Shown here piece by piece: positions 22,705-33,613 of a DNA stretch of 64,000 nucleotides. Under the pieces are notes generated by a model. It ran no database searches. It worked only from the letters and a program-made list of their open reading frames with translations, and had not been told where the DNA came from. Source of the DNA: Naegleria gruberi (taxonomy: Eukaryota); assembly GCA_000004985.1 (NCBI GenBank), contig GG738847.1. One strand, written 5' to 3'. Position numbers and translations under genes: made by a program. The first letter of the stretch is position 1. The number at the start of each line of letters is the position of its first letter.

Positions 22705-24918
22705 ATGTCCTCCAACAATCCACGTGGATTCAATCAACAACAAAACATTAATAGGAGAGAATTATCATTCAATGTTGTTGGAGTTGGAAAACAAAACTCA
22801 AATACATCAACTAATACAACTTCAAATGGTGGTTCATCTTCTCCTACCACTAATTCTACAACAAATAATGTTGTTACTTCTACAACCAATAGTAAGCCTT
22901 CAAATACATCACCTAAATCATCAAAATCATCTTCATCATCAGCCAATAGTACAAGTAGTCAGAGACAAGCTAACAATGCACCAATTAAAAGTAGTACACC
23001 ACTCACAAAACAATCCTCTGGAACACAACTCACTACTCGAAGTGGAGTTGAAAGTTCTTCCTCTTCTGCTGCTATCAGTAAGAGATTGACTAGTGCTGCC
23101 ACAACAGTTAGTAGTACAACAAGTAACTCAATCAAATCAACAAGTTCATCCATTGCACTCTCATCTGCTTCATCTTCATCAAATCTTCTTCAAACAGTTC
23201 TAAGTAAGGAAGAAGAGGCTGAACTAATTAAAGAATTGTGTGGCGAAGAAATGTACCTATTATTAATATCAAGTAAACATCAAGAAAGAGAAGAATTTCT
23301 AACACGTTTAAATGTATGGATTAATCAATCATCTAATTTACCACATGGATTTATGATTTTTCCAAGTGTAAATTTACCAATTGAAAAGACAAGAGTATTA
23401 AAAGTACTTGCTATTATTCTAAGAATGACACTAGTTGATAAAATTATTAAAATAGTGCAATTAGCATATTCAACATGTATTTTATTAGTTGAATCAGCAC
23501 CAGTACAACAAGCAAAGAATATAACACATTTAAAAGAAGGTCTTTCACAAATATTACCATTATTGATGACTAAAGTAATTGATTCAAATGAAAGAAACTC
23601 TAAGAGTGCTATACAAGCAGTAACAAAAATGTCAACAGTTAAAGTAATTTCTAAATTAGTATTTAATTATGCATTACTATCAATTAATTCAGGTAAACCA
23701 TTATCACCTAAAGCTATTCAAGGTAGAATTTCACTTGTAGAATCACTTGTTTTAAAACATGGATTGAATAATAGTAGTTTAGAAGTTTCAATTCAATTTT
23801 TAGATTTTTTAAATGAATGTTTAACACATAAAACAGTTCAAGTTAAAGATTCATGTATTGAGTTATTAGCAATAATGCATAAATCAATGGGAAAGGAATT
23901 ATTTGATTTAAATGTAATGGATAAATTACCTTCAAAAACATCAACACTTGTACAAAAATTAGAAATTAAAATTAGAGCTAAAAAACAAGAAGAAATTGAA
24001 GAAGAAAAAAAGAAGGAAGAATTAAAAAATCAAAAAACACAAAATGAAACTAATATAGTATTTAAACAAGGTGATATATCGAGAGAATTAATAATGAAAA
24101 AATCACTTAAAAAAATTCAATCAGGTGAATCAATTCGATCATTTTTAAAATCACTAACACATTTACATTTTGATTCATGTAATATTTCTAAAATTATTAA
24201 TTTAGAACATTGTCCAAATTTAAGAGTTTTATATTTATATGATAATAGAATTACTAAAATAGAAGGATTAAATAATAACAAACAATTAATACATTTACAT
24301 TTACATCACAATTTAATTGAAAAAATTGAAGGATTGGATGAATTGGTTAATTTACAACAATTATATTTAAATAATAATAGAATTAAAATTGTTGAAAATT
24401 TAACAAAATTACAAAAACTACAAGAATTACATTTACAACAACAAGATATTGAAAATTCAATGATTTTAGATTCAGATTCAATGAAATCACTTTCAAATTC
24501 ATTAACTTTATTGGATTTAAGTAATAACAAGATTGAAGATTCACTTTCTATTGGATTTTTAGAAAATTTAATTGAATTGGATTTGAGTAAAAACAGAATT
24601 GATAAAATGGATCAAATTTTATTCATTTTAGAAAGTAATAGACAATTACACTCTTTAAATTTAATTGGAAATTCTGTATGCGATTCTTATAAAATGAGAG
24701 ATCAAATCATTGTTTCAAGTAGTTCAGATTTAACTTTATTAAATCAAGTGGAAATTACAGATATTCAGAGAGAATTTTTATTATCATTTGAACATCAAAA
24801 ATTAAAAAGAACATCAAGTGATAATAATGGAATGAATTTGGCTTTACATAATAATAGACAGACAAATAGTAATGAAAATGATCCAAACTTTTTAAAAGAT
24901 TTATTAACAATAAATTAA
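22705..24918 (+). CDS. Leucine-rich repeat protein. The N-terminus is S/T-rich, the centre is an alpha-helical HEAT/TOG-like region, and the C-terminus has SDS22-type LRRs (LxxLxLxxNxIxxIEGL).
   Basis: 757-aa ORF (the track starts at 22645 with an alternative start; the first ATG is at 22705). At least 8 LRR units lie between about 24180 and 24700. Confidence 0.6.
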   Translation: MSSNNPRGFNQQQNINRRELSFNVVGVGKQNSNTSTNTTSNGGSSSPTTNSTTNNVVTSTTNSKPSNTSPKSSKSSSSSANSTSSQRQANNAPIKSSTPLTKQSSGTQLTTRSGVESSSSSAAISKRLTSAATTVSSTTSNSIKSTSSSIALSSASSSSNLLQTVLSKEEEAELIKELCGEEMYLLLISSKHQEREEFLTRLNVWINQSSNLPHGFMIFPSVNLPIEKTRVLKVLAIILRMTLVDKIIKIVQLAYSTCILLVESAPVQQAKNITHLKEGLSQILPLLMTKVIDSNERNSKSAIQAVTKMSTVKVISKLVFNYALLSINSGKPLSPKAIQGRISLVESLVLKHGLNNSSLEVSIQFLDFLNECLTHKTVQVKDSCIELLAIMHKSMGKELFDLNVMDKLPSKTSTLVQKLEIKIRAKKQEEIEEEKKKEELKNQKTQNETNIVFKQGDISRELIMKKSLKKIQSGESIRSFLKSLTHLHFDSCNISKIINLEHCPNLRVLYLYDNRITKIEGLNNNKQLIHLHLHHNLIEKIEGLDELVNLQQLYLNNNRIKIVENLTKLQKLQELHLQQQDIENSMILDSDSMKSLSNSLTLLDLSNNKIEDSLSIGFLENLIELDLSKNRIDKMDQILFILESNRQLHSLNLIGNSVCDSYKMRDQIIVSSSSDLTLLNQVEITDIQREFLLSFEHQKLKRTSSDNNGMNLALHNNRQTNSNENDPNFLKDLLTIN

Positions 24919-25038
24919 TGAAATTGACCGATTACGAATCTTTTATCTTCCTTCATTTGGTATTGAAATTGAGAGTCGGTATGCAACTCTTTGGCAAAAC
25001 CATACTGTAATATACTGTTATTTTTATAAAACAATGGT

Positions 25039-25539
25039 TCATTCAAATTCTTTAAAATTCCTTTTCAAATTCTCAATTACCTTCTCTCTCTTGTATGACA
25101 TGTCAACTTTACTCCATGATAATAAAATCGCTTCATATCCACCTGATTCCAATTGTTCCTTCTCATTCAAAATGTAAAGTTGATCTGCTCTCGAGAATTC
25201 TTTCACACCATTCTCAAAAGTACCATAATTAAATTCCTTAACATTTTTAAAATAATCATTCTTGGACCATTGAGTGAATGAATTTCCTTGAAGGAATGCA
25301 ATTCTCTGATTCATTCTGAATTTAAATTCACCTCCACCACCACCATGACGACGACGTTGTTCTGATAGGAATGAACTATTGAGAAAGAGTGATTCTTGAG
25401 AGGAGAGAAGAGATGATGATTTGGAAATGATTGAACTGCCAAGACTTTCCACAAATTTATTACATTCTACGACACTACCACGAAGGCCTACCATAACACA
25501 GATTAAATAGTTGGTATAGAGAAGGTTGGGATTTTGCAT
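25039..25539 (-). CDS. Hypothetical 166-aa protein with no confident homology.
   Basis: ORF only. Confidence 0.3.
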   Translation of the reverse strand: MQNPNLLYTNYLICVMVGLRGSVVECNKFVESLGSSIISKSSSLLSSQESLFLNSSFLSEQRRRHGGGGGEFKFRMNQRIAFLQGNSFTQWSKNDYFKNVKEFNYGTFENGVKEFSRADQLYILNEKEQLESGGYEAILLSWSKVDMSYKREKVIENLKRNFKEFE

Positions 25540-25980
25540 TTTTTTTTAAATTTAGTTGGAATTCAGTCAATTTGAATTTGGAATTGAAATGGAATGTGGA
25601 GAACCAAGTTGTAATGAATTATTGAATATATTTGGATAGTGTGTTGTAAGCATCATCAACTTTCATTTATTAAAAAAATGCAATTTACTTCATCATTGCT
25701 TCTTGTCATAATATTATTATGTTGTTAACACTTTATATTATCAATTAATGGACAATCTCCTCATGTCAATCAGAATCAACAACATTACACTGATACAATT
25801 TATGTGTGGATTTAATTCCAACTCATGGTATGTTTATTAAAAGTATATTCAATAATTATTTAATAATATATTTACAATTTAATATTATTTAAAGGATGAA
25901 GGATGTGAGAGTGTTTTGAAATAATAAGAGATGTAATTCTAATATTGCAATATTTATAAATCAATGTCTTTCCTTTGGTA

Positions 25981-26419
25981 ATCAGGATGAGAGTATATTA
26001 ATATCCAATATCTATCCCAAACCGCTTTTTTTGGATATGGCTTTTTAAAAAGGGCAATCTGGTTGAATTTTTACGGGCTTGGCTTTTTGGATAAATCTCA
26101 TCGGATTGGATAATATTATTTGAAAATGTGTCGTGTTTGAGTAATTGTCATTTGTCAACAAGGAATGCAGTCAAATCACTTTACGAATATTAATTAGATT
26201 ATTATCAATACTAATTGCAATAAATCAACATTTTTCGATATAAATTTGGAATATTGTATTTTTTCAAAAGTTTATTTTTTAGTGGAAATTTCTTGACTTA
26301 TTTTTGGCTTTAGTTTTTGGCTTTTTGGTTCAATTTAGCTTTTTGCCGATTTTTTATTCACCAACATCCAAAAAGTGGTTTAGGATGGATACTGGATATT
26401 AATATACTCTCATCAGGAT
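25981..26419. mobile_element. MITE-like non-autonomous DNA element of ~440 bp with ~55-60 bp imperfect terminal inverted repeats (atcaggatgagagtatattaatatccaatatctatcccaaaccgctttttttggat ... atccaaaaagtggtttaggatggatactggatattaatatactctcatcaggat). Its interior is non-coding and carries repeated ggctttttgg motifs.
   Basis: Reverse-complement comparison of the two ends read from the sequence. Possible flanking TSD-like tggta/tggtg. Confidence 0.55.
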
Positions 26420-26604
26420 TGGTGTAGTGGTATAATATTTGGCAATAATCAACATTCATTTTGATTTATTAAGTCCAACAAGTGGTGGTGTATGGATTGG
26501 AATATTTTACGTACATTGTATAATACTTTTGAAATTCAATTAACTACCCAAATTGATTTCTAATATTTCACAAACATAATAGGTTTATACAAGTTCAACA
26601 AAAT

Positions 26605-27999
26605 ATGACAAGCTACTCTGGTACCGATGGTCATAACAAATTTTATTCGTATGACGAAAACTTTATGCCACACCAAAACTATGGAGCATTATTATTCAAT
26701 ACTCTAGAGTTGGGTGTTGAAGTGTTAGTAAAAAGAGTATCTATGAACACAATGAAACACCTTTCGGAGAATGAGATGTCAAAGAAGGATGAACAATTAG
26801 AGAAGTCCTTAGAACTTGCTTTCATTGATGCAAATATCAACAACATACAACCACTAATATCAAATCTACAAGCTCTAGTGAACAATGAGAGTGGTGAGAA
26901 GATATTAGAACTTAATTTGCCCTCCATAACCTCAACATTGAACACAACAAACGATTCTAATTTGAAAAGAATATGTCGTCAGGTATTGGCGTTTTGTTAT
27001 TGTTCTCTTGGTAAATCTGAGGAATTAATTGATACGTGCAACAAGTTGCTTTTGGAAGATTTTACCACTTCCAATTTAATAATAACTAGCCTTTTATTTT
27101 TTGATCTTGGAAATAAGATTAATTCAATTCAATTGCTCAAAGATTCATTCATAATCATTTCGGACGTTAATTTAATATTTCCAAGTGAAGCAGAAAGATT
27201 GATGGTGGCTATTGGTGACCGATTGTTATTAATGATTACTTCTGATTATGAAGATGAATGTGAAGAAACTTTGTTTGCTCAATATGTAGCCAGAAGATTG
27301 TCTACATGTAATACTGCAAGCCCTGTTGTTTATGGTGATGGAACTACTCATGCATTCTTTAATAGAGCTCATAGGCTTTCAAGTATCAGTGAAACAATGT
27401 TATCAAATTTCGATCCTCTAGAACGTGAAGAACGTTATGTTGTGCTTTGCAATGCTATTCACAATTTTAACAGTGTTTTGCAATTGGTTTTAAAAAAACA
27501 ACAAAAAGTTGAGTTTCAAATAAGCTATCCTATTACAACTACCAAATCAGATGTATTTAGTATTAATGCATACAACAATACCTTATCAAGCTTATTTTTA
27601 GAATACTTGCATCCTGATATTCCAATAGCAAAAGCAATTAAGAATTACCATACTCAATTTGCCTCATTATTGACATTGGTGTTTGAAAAAAACGTTAAAA
27701 TAATTCAAGCTGAATTGGAGAAGGAAAAACAAAGTTTAGATTTAAACATCAACAACTCAAAAAGGCTTGAAAAAATTGAACAAATGTTAAATCTTACCAA
27801 ATCACAGAAAGAAAAAGAATATCTTTGTTTGTTTAAGGAAATATGTAACAAACACAACTACCCTCATATTTCTGACGTTCAACGTTATTCCATGTTTCAT
27901 TTAAGCTTAGATGGACCTTTTGTTCCAACAATAGAAGATCCTTATGAACAGTACGATCAATCCGATGATGAAATGGAAAATCTAGAACATGTTCAATAA
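26605..27999 (+). CDS. Hypothetical 464-aa protein. It lacks low-complexity tracts and its codon usage is less AT-biased than neighbouring genes.
   Basis: ORF with ATG at 26605. No recognisable domain. Confidence 0.4.
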   Translation: MTSYSGTDGHNKFYSYDENFMPHQNYGALLFNTLELGVEVLVKRVSMNTMKHLSENEMSKKDEQLEKSLELAFIDANINNIQPLISNLQALVNNESGEKILELNLPSITSTLNTTNDSNLKRICRQVLAFCYCSLGKSEELIDTCNKLLLEDFTTSNLIITSLLFFDLGNKINSIQLLKDSFIIISDVNLIFPSEAERLMVAIGDRLLLMITSDYEDECEETLFAQYVARRLSTCNTASPVVYGDGTTHAFFNRAHRLSSISETMLSNFDPLEREERYVVLCNAIHNFNSVLQLVLKKQQKVEFQISYPITTTKSDVFSINAYNNTLSSLFLEYLHPDIPIAKAIKNYHTQFASLLTLVFEKNVKIIQAELEKEKQSLDLNINNSKRLEKIEQMLNLTKSQKEKEYLCLFKEICNKHNYPHISDVQRYSMFHLSLDGPFVPTIEDPYEQYDQSDDEMENLEHVQ

Positions 28000-28095
28000 C
28001 TTTATTCCAAATAAAAGAAATCGAATTTTCTGCCTCAATAAATTAGATTTCCATAAGAAGATGAAATAATTACCATTTTAAAATTTTAAAAAAAA

Positions 28096-29627
28096 ATGGT
28101 TGTTTGTAGATATTGGTTGCAAGGTTGTTGTCGATATGGCAATTCTTGTTGGTATGATCATTTCAAAACAACAGAACATTCATCATCCCATCAAGTTAAC
28201 TTGGAACTAATTAAATCATGGGAAAAGGAATTAAAAGAGCAAGAATCAAGTTTAGAGAGCATATTACTTGATGCAGACGAACACTATTATGAAAATAGTG
28301 AATATGAGGATTGGGATGATGATGATGCTCAAAAAATTAGAAATGCATTATTACATGGAAAGGAATTGTATATTTATGAAGATGACGATTCCGATTATTA
28401 TGAGGATGAGGATGATGAAGATGAAGAAGAGGATTCCGATGATGAAGATGATGATATTTGGAAAAGAAAGGTCGTATAAATTCTGACGATGAGGAAGATG
28501 AGGAAGATTCCGATGAAGATGAAGATGAAGAAAAAGATTTGAATTATTATGCAAACAAAGTTCGTCAACGCCATAGAAAGAAGAGAAAATTGAATGATTC
28601 TAAACGTTCAACACAATCTATCAATACTAATGTATTAATTATTCAACATTCTAATTATCATTTTACAAAATGGTTAAATACTATTATATTACATAATATT
28701 TTCATGTATTTACCAAATAGTGATCAATTATCATTTAGACTTGTTCATTCAGCTTTTACCAATGAACTCTACATTGGATATAATAGTCATTTACAATATC
28801 AATGCAAATATCAATTTCAACTATTTCTCCTCTTTAAAAATTTAATTAAAAATTATTTAAGTGAAAAATCTACAAAACCATCCACCATGCAATTTATTAA
28901 TGGATGTATACTTCATTTAAATGCACAAATATTAAATAATGAATTGATATCAAATAATCATTCCACTCTGATGAATCTTTATATTGATGATGAAGATGAA
29001 AATTTAAAAACATTGAAAAATTATAAACAATTATTTAAGGATGAAAATGTTAAATTTACAAGTTGGGCATCTGTAAAATTAGGTCATTCACAAGGAAGTG
29101 TTTGTGAATTATCTATAAAAAGAAAAGATGGAAATGGATATGTGAAATTATTTCAACATCATGTCAAGACTATATATAGTAGAGATGATACATGTCATGT
29201 TTATTATTATTTGACGACAAATAGCACTGAAAAAGGAATGGAAACATTGATATTAACTGATACTTATGAATCAGATAAAGTATTTCATAATAAGGAAGCA
29301 TTGAATAATGTATTTTCCTTATTGGATATTCCTTCAAATTGGAATTTGAATGATTTTGTTACATTTCTAATGATTTGTTCATGCTCATTCTATATTAATA
29401 TTAATGAATTTAATGGAAAGAAATATGCAATAGTTGATATTTTACAATTTTTACAATTACAAGATGTTAATTTTAATTTATTATCATCCAAAAATAATTC
29501 TGCGAATGATGTGAGTTCTATTCGTAAAAATTGTCATTCACATTATGAATTAGATGGAATTAAAAAGATGGAACAACTTGTGAATACAATTTCATCAACC
29601 ATCACAATCAAATCATTTCAATTCTAG
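28096..29627 (+). CDS. CCCH zinc-finger protein (CRYWLQGCCRYGNSCWYDH) with acidic D/E tracts and an F-box-like segment (ILHNIFMYLPNSDQLSFRLVHSAF). It reads as two overlapping frames joined by a +1 shift near 28455-28476.
   Basis: ORFs 28096..28479 and 28458..29627. Both carry DE-rich tracts, which argues for one gene. Confidence 0.5.
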
Positions 29628-29744
29628 TCAATATTTGAAAAGTTTAATTGATTTGCGAAATTTCTGTATGAAATATTCTGGAAAATTAGTAAAATTTGAT
29701 ACTAGTGATTATGGTTTCATACTAAATCAAAGGTAGAAAAATAT

Positions 29745-30255
29745 TTGAAAAGGAAACAATTAAATGATAATGATAGGAAGGGTTTTTCAGTTTCCATAAA
29801 AAGTAAAGAAATTTTAACTGAAATGAAAATTTATTCAGAATGTAATTTTAAAACAAATAATAATGAAATATTGAATGTAATACTTGAAGTGACATGTTTT
29901 AATGGATACCATTATGATTCAACTAGTTTTAAAATAATTAAGAACAAGACTGAGAAAATTGAATGGAGAGGTATGTTACAATATATTTAATTATTTCAAT
30001 ATATTTAATTTTTATTTTAAATGTGTGTTAATGAATAGATAAAAATACACTAATTGAATCAGAATCATTTATTACAGATTTGAAGAATAAGTTATTGAGT
30101 GATATGAAAGGTAGTGTGAGTAATAAGAAGTTTATAAAATCTCTCATTATCGTCATGTCAAAACATCATTATCACTTATTTTCCAATTCACAAAATTATA
30201 CTGCAACACACAAGAATACAATTGTTGAGGAGGTTATTGGTGCTATTACAGATTA
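29745..30255 (+). CDS. Small hypothetical protein with a probable intron (GTATGT at about 29978 ... AATAG at about 30036). The first ATG is at about 29820.
   Basis: 81-aa ORF plus an in-frame continuation after a canonical AT-rich intron. Weak. Confidence 0.2.
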
Positions 30256-30309
30256 GTGTTCATAATGGCGTCTTGCAATATTTCCAATTAAATTTACAAG
30301 TCAATAAAT

Positions 30310-31761
30310 TTAATATTTTACAATTAGGTCTGAAAAGCAATTTTCATCTGTTGAAACAATCTTTTTCAAATTTTCGTTGAAATATTTGAGACATTTGCTG
30401 TCCATTAGCTTCTTATTGTAGACTACAAAGTGCCATCCACCACATTCGACACTATTCGTTTCATAATTATTTAACATTTCCTCTTTTCCAAATGCATGAT
30501 AAATACAGTTGACTATATTGACACCATCATCAGCAAATATGTACTTTTTCGAAGAGGAATTTGCAGAATCTCCAACAATGATAAATCCATGATCATTGAT
30601 AAATGTTGTTGCAATTGAGGAACAAATTATTCTATTTGGTTGGAATTTGTGTTGGCTTGTAGAGTTGCCTTCATAAACGGGACTATCTGATGTCAGATAT
30701 GGTCGTAAGGGGAATGATGGAAAATTAATCTTTTGGAAATACTGATCTGGACCATGACTTCCACATTGTGAATAGGTATTATAACCTGAATCATCATATT
30801 TTGAATGAGTTTGAAAGCAATAAAATTACTTACCACACATGTAAACATCTCCATTCTCCAATAAAACTCCCGTGTGAAAATATCCACATTTGATTTGATT
30901 AATTCTTTCTCCTTGAAATGGCGTTTTCAATTCAGTGAACTTGTCATTGGATACTTGACCATTTTGTGTACGGAATTGATCATCACCATGACAGAGAATT
31001 TGATGTTTTCGATCCTGAGTTTCATAAACTACAAATGTTGATCTCCCACTCAATGCCGACATGACATACTTCCTCTCTGTTAAATCCAAATGTAATTTTG
31101 GATCCTCTGAAAACGAGCTAGCATCAGCACGAAAATAATACACCATATTATCAGTTCCACGAACGAGAATATGAAGTGCAAGAGGTCCACTCACAATTTC
31201 CTTAATCCCCAAACTGGAATCATCCATAAATTTCTTTGACTTGTGTAAAGTTCCAGATGAACTTTCAATAGCCAATATCAACTTATTCCTCATTTGTAAT
31301 ATTATGAATACCTGATTACAAAACACATTTTCCACTTGATAACAATTTCCCAATTTCAATTCTTCTATAGCCAATCGATAATCCAATTGATAAAACGGAT
31401 TACTATCATTATTCAACACATCCACACTCGTATCACCACCACCATTCACATTCCGAAATGCATCATTCATCACAACATAATTAAGTGATTTAAAGTAGGG
31501 TGATTGAGTTGTTTTAGGTGTTGAAAACTTGATATACAACTCTTCAGCAGCAGCATTATTCAATGCTTGATTACCAATAGAATCCCACAATCGCACCACA
31601 AAAAAAGTTCCACCACAACTAACACTCCTCACCGACCGATCAATTGTTGTTGTATTGATATTTGGATGAAGAGGAGAGGGCATAAAATCGGAATGAGGAA
31701 CGTAGACTGGTGTCGTTTGTATTCCCAATATTAGAAGGGGAATTGTATTCATCATCATCAT
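30310..31761 (-). CDS. RCC1-like repeat (beta-propeller) protein with an N-terminal signal-peptide-like segment (MMMMNTIPLLILGIQTTPVYV). Two exons lie at about 30834-31761 and 30310-30785, with a 48-nt intron (GTAAGT...TTCAG).
   Basis: RCC1-type repeats CGYFHTGVLLENGDVYMCG and YNTYSQCGSHG. The hydrophobic N-terminus was read from the ORF. Confidence 0.5.
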
Positions 31762-31893
31762 TAATAACTATTTTAATAAGTTGTGATCAAAAATGAGTGA
31801 TTGAAATAGTTGGTGATCTTTGATCAAATTTTTGTATTTTTTTTATATGAAAAATCTAAAATGAAAAAGATTGAAATATTATTTAATTAATTC

Positions 31894-31911
31894 GTTGTAG
31901 CTCAGTCGGTA
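31894..31911 (+). pseudogene. Fragment of a tRNA gene's 5' portion (gttgtagctcagtcggta), ~85 bp upstream of the intact tRNA.
   Basis: A 17/18 match to positions 4-21 of the downstream tRNA. No acceptor 3' half is present. Confidence 0.5.
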
Positions 31912-31994
31912 TAATATTTAATGTGTTGTAAATGACTTCCAAACATTATTTGTTATATTAGAGAATTATTTAGGTTTTTTTACCAAGAATGTAA

Positions 31995-32067
31995 GCTGGC
32001 GTAGCTCAGTCGGTAGAGCGTTGGTCTAATAAGCCATTGGTCGCCGGTTCGATCCCGTCCGTCAGCA
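31995..32067 (+). tRNA. tRNA-Ile, anticodon AAU (anticodon loop CTAATAA), 73 nt, no intron.
   Basis: Cloverleaf: acceptor GCTGGCG/CGTCAGC with one G-U pair, D-arm GCTC-AGTCGGTA-GAGC, T-arm GCCGG-TTCGATC-CCGTC, 5-nt variable loop. Confidence 0.8.
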
Positions 32068-32181
32068 TGAAATTTTGTTTTTGAACTAGTTTTTCCTATT
32101 TATCTATTTATAGCATCATTAGGAAGAGAACACTCAATCAAGAGGTTTCTTCTCATTGACAAACTATTTGATCAAGTTAAA

Positions 32182-32952
32182 TTGGTTGAAGATTGTACTT
32201 TCATGGAAGAGCTATTAGTGCAGAGGGATTATTACAATATTAAAGTAGGTGATTGGGATACAAATACTATGCTATTGAGTCATGATCATTTATTCACTTT
32301 ATTTCTGGAAGATGGTTACAAAATTACATTTGTTTGTGAAACTGATGATTACAAAAATAACCCATACATTCCAAGGAAGGGTGAATATCCAATAATTTCA
32401 ATTCAATTATCAAGCTGGAGATCTGGTTGTTTTATTCTCGATACTAATAGTGTTAATATTACAAAGCCATTAATGAGAGAAGGTATTTCACTTGTTGATT
32501 CAAAAAAATATTCAATGTTTTCAGTGTTTGAAGTTAAAATATGTTATGAAGTGATTGATCACAATTTTGAGTCTGAAATCTTTTGCGATTCAATATATAT
32601 TCTAGTAACAAAAAAGTATGAACAAAAGCTAGAAGCTAATCCTTATTCTATAATGTGGAAAGTTTGTAACAGAAAAGGTTTTGAATCAAATGTTAGAAAG
32701 GTGAAGACCCCAAGCTCAACTTACTATCCTGAAATTAGAGGGTTAAAAAATAAGGCCTGCTTTATAGACCAGGGAAGAAAACTAAAACTGCTTACAAGTT
32801 TCTATGGTTATAATTATCTAAAAGTAGAGCCTGAAGATTTATATGAATCAGATTTTTGGGACTATATCTATTTTACAAAAGTTTACCCTTCTTGGAATTT
32901 TATTGATTCAGATTCCATAGCAAGACTGGAAAATTGTTTTTTGGCTACCTGA
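32182..32952 (+). CDS. Hypothetical 256-aa ORF starting 115 bp downstream of the tRNA. Its composition and codon usage are atypical (cag/agg/ctg/aag) and it has no low-complexity tracts.
   Basis: ORF only. No recognisable domain. It lies inside a GC-richer island at about 32100-33520. Confidence 0.3.
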   Translation: MVEDCTFMEELLVQRDYYNIKVGDWDTNTMLLSHDHLFTLFLEDGYKITFVCETDDYKNNPYIPRKGEYPIISIQLSSWRSGCFILDTNSVNITKPLMREGISLVDSKKYSMFSVFEVKICYEVIDHNFESEIFCDSIYILVTKKYEQKLEANPYSIMWKVCNRKGFESNVRKVKTPSSTYYPEIRGLKNKACFIDQGRKLKLLTSFYGYNYLKVEPEDLYESDFWDYIYFTKVYPSWNFIDSDSIARLENCFLAT

Positions 32953-33024
32953 AATCTGCGAAGTCAGTTTTTACCAGCTGATTATTTTTAGTCGCGAGTT
33001 TTTGATATGGTCTAGCTGGTTTTG

Positions 33025-33046
33025 ACCATCCCAGCGCTGGGATGGT
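33025..33046. repeat. Perfect 22-bp palindrome accatcccagcgctgggatggt.
   Basis: Read from the sequence. It is its own reverse complement. Confidence 0.9.
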
Positions 33047-33553
33047 AAGCTTAAAAATTCTCCACCAGCTAGTCTTGCTATGTATTGGAGACTTTGAAGA
33101 GGACAATTTGAAACAAGTGATAACTAAAGAAATTAGGGGACGGAATTGGAAATTTGTAGGCCATGCTGAAGATAATTTCTACATTGTTTTAAACTTTACT
33201 AGAGATTTACAAAGATTAACCTTGTCAGTATGTGTTGTGAATTACGACAATATTAAAAAGATGATCAACAAGTAGAATGCCTTTTCTTCATAAACAAATT
33301 GTTGGATATGGCTATACATTGCTTTCTTTATTTCTGTTTCGTACAGCCATCATACGTTGCACAAAGATTTCATCCCATTATTAGCTGAAATGTAATTGAG
33401 TTTGGTATTTACAGCCAGAAAGACTGGAGAGACAATTATTATTATTGAAAATCACTGCACGTCTTTTAAAGTATTCTTTCTTTGGAAATGAAAAGGAAGT
33501 AAATAGTCAACTATTTAGTGTTTTTAAATATTGAAAATCCGTTAAATATTTGC

Positions 33554-33565
33554 TTCCCGCCAAAA
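33554..33565 (-). promoter_or_regulatory. E2F-type site (reverse complement TTTTGGCGGGAA) about 50 bp upstream of the TPX2 ATG.
   Basis: Matches the TTTSSCGC E2F consensus. GC-rich motifs are rare in this AT-rich intergenic DNA. Confidence 0.35.
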
Positions 33566-33613
33566 TTTTATCATTCAATCCGTTACACAAAACAAATCAC
33601 AACTAAAAAAAAA

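Noticed and set aside
22734-23153. Minus-strand ORFs 22734..22946 and 22959..23153 within the LRR gene's S/T-rich N-terminal region.
   Set aside because: These are antisense frames of a serine/threonine codon repeat (tca/tct/aca). They are not independent genes.
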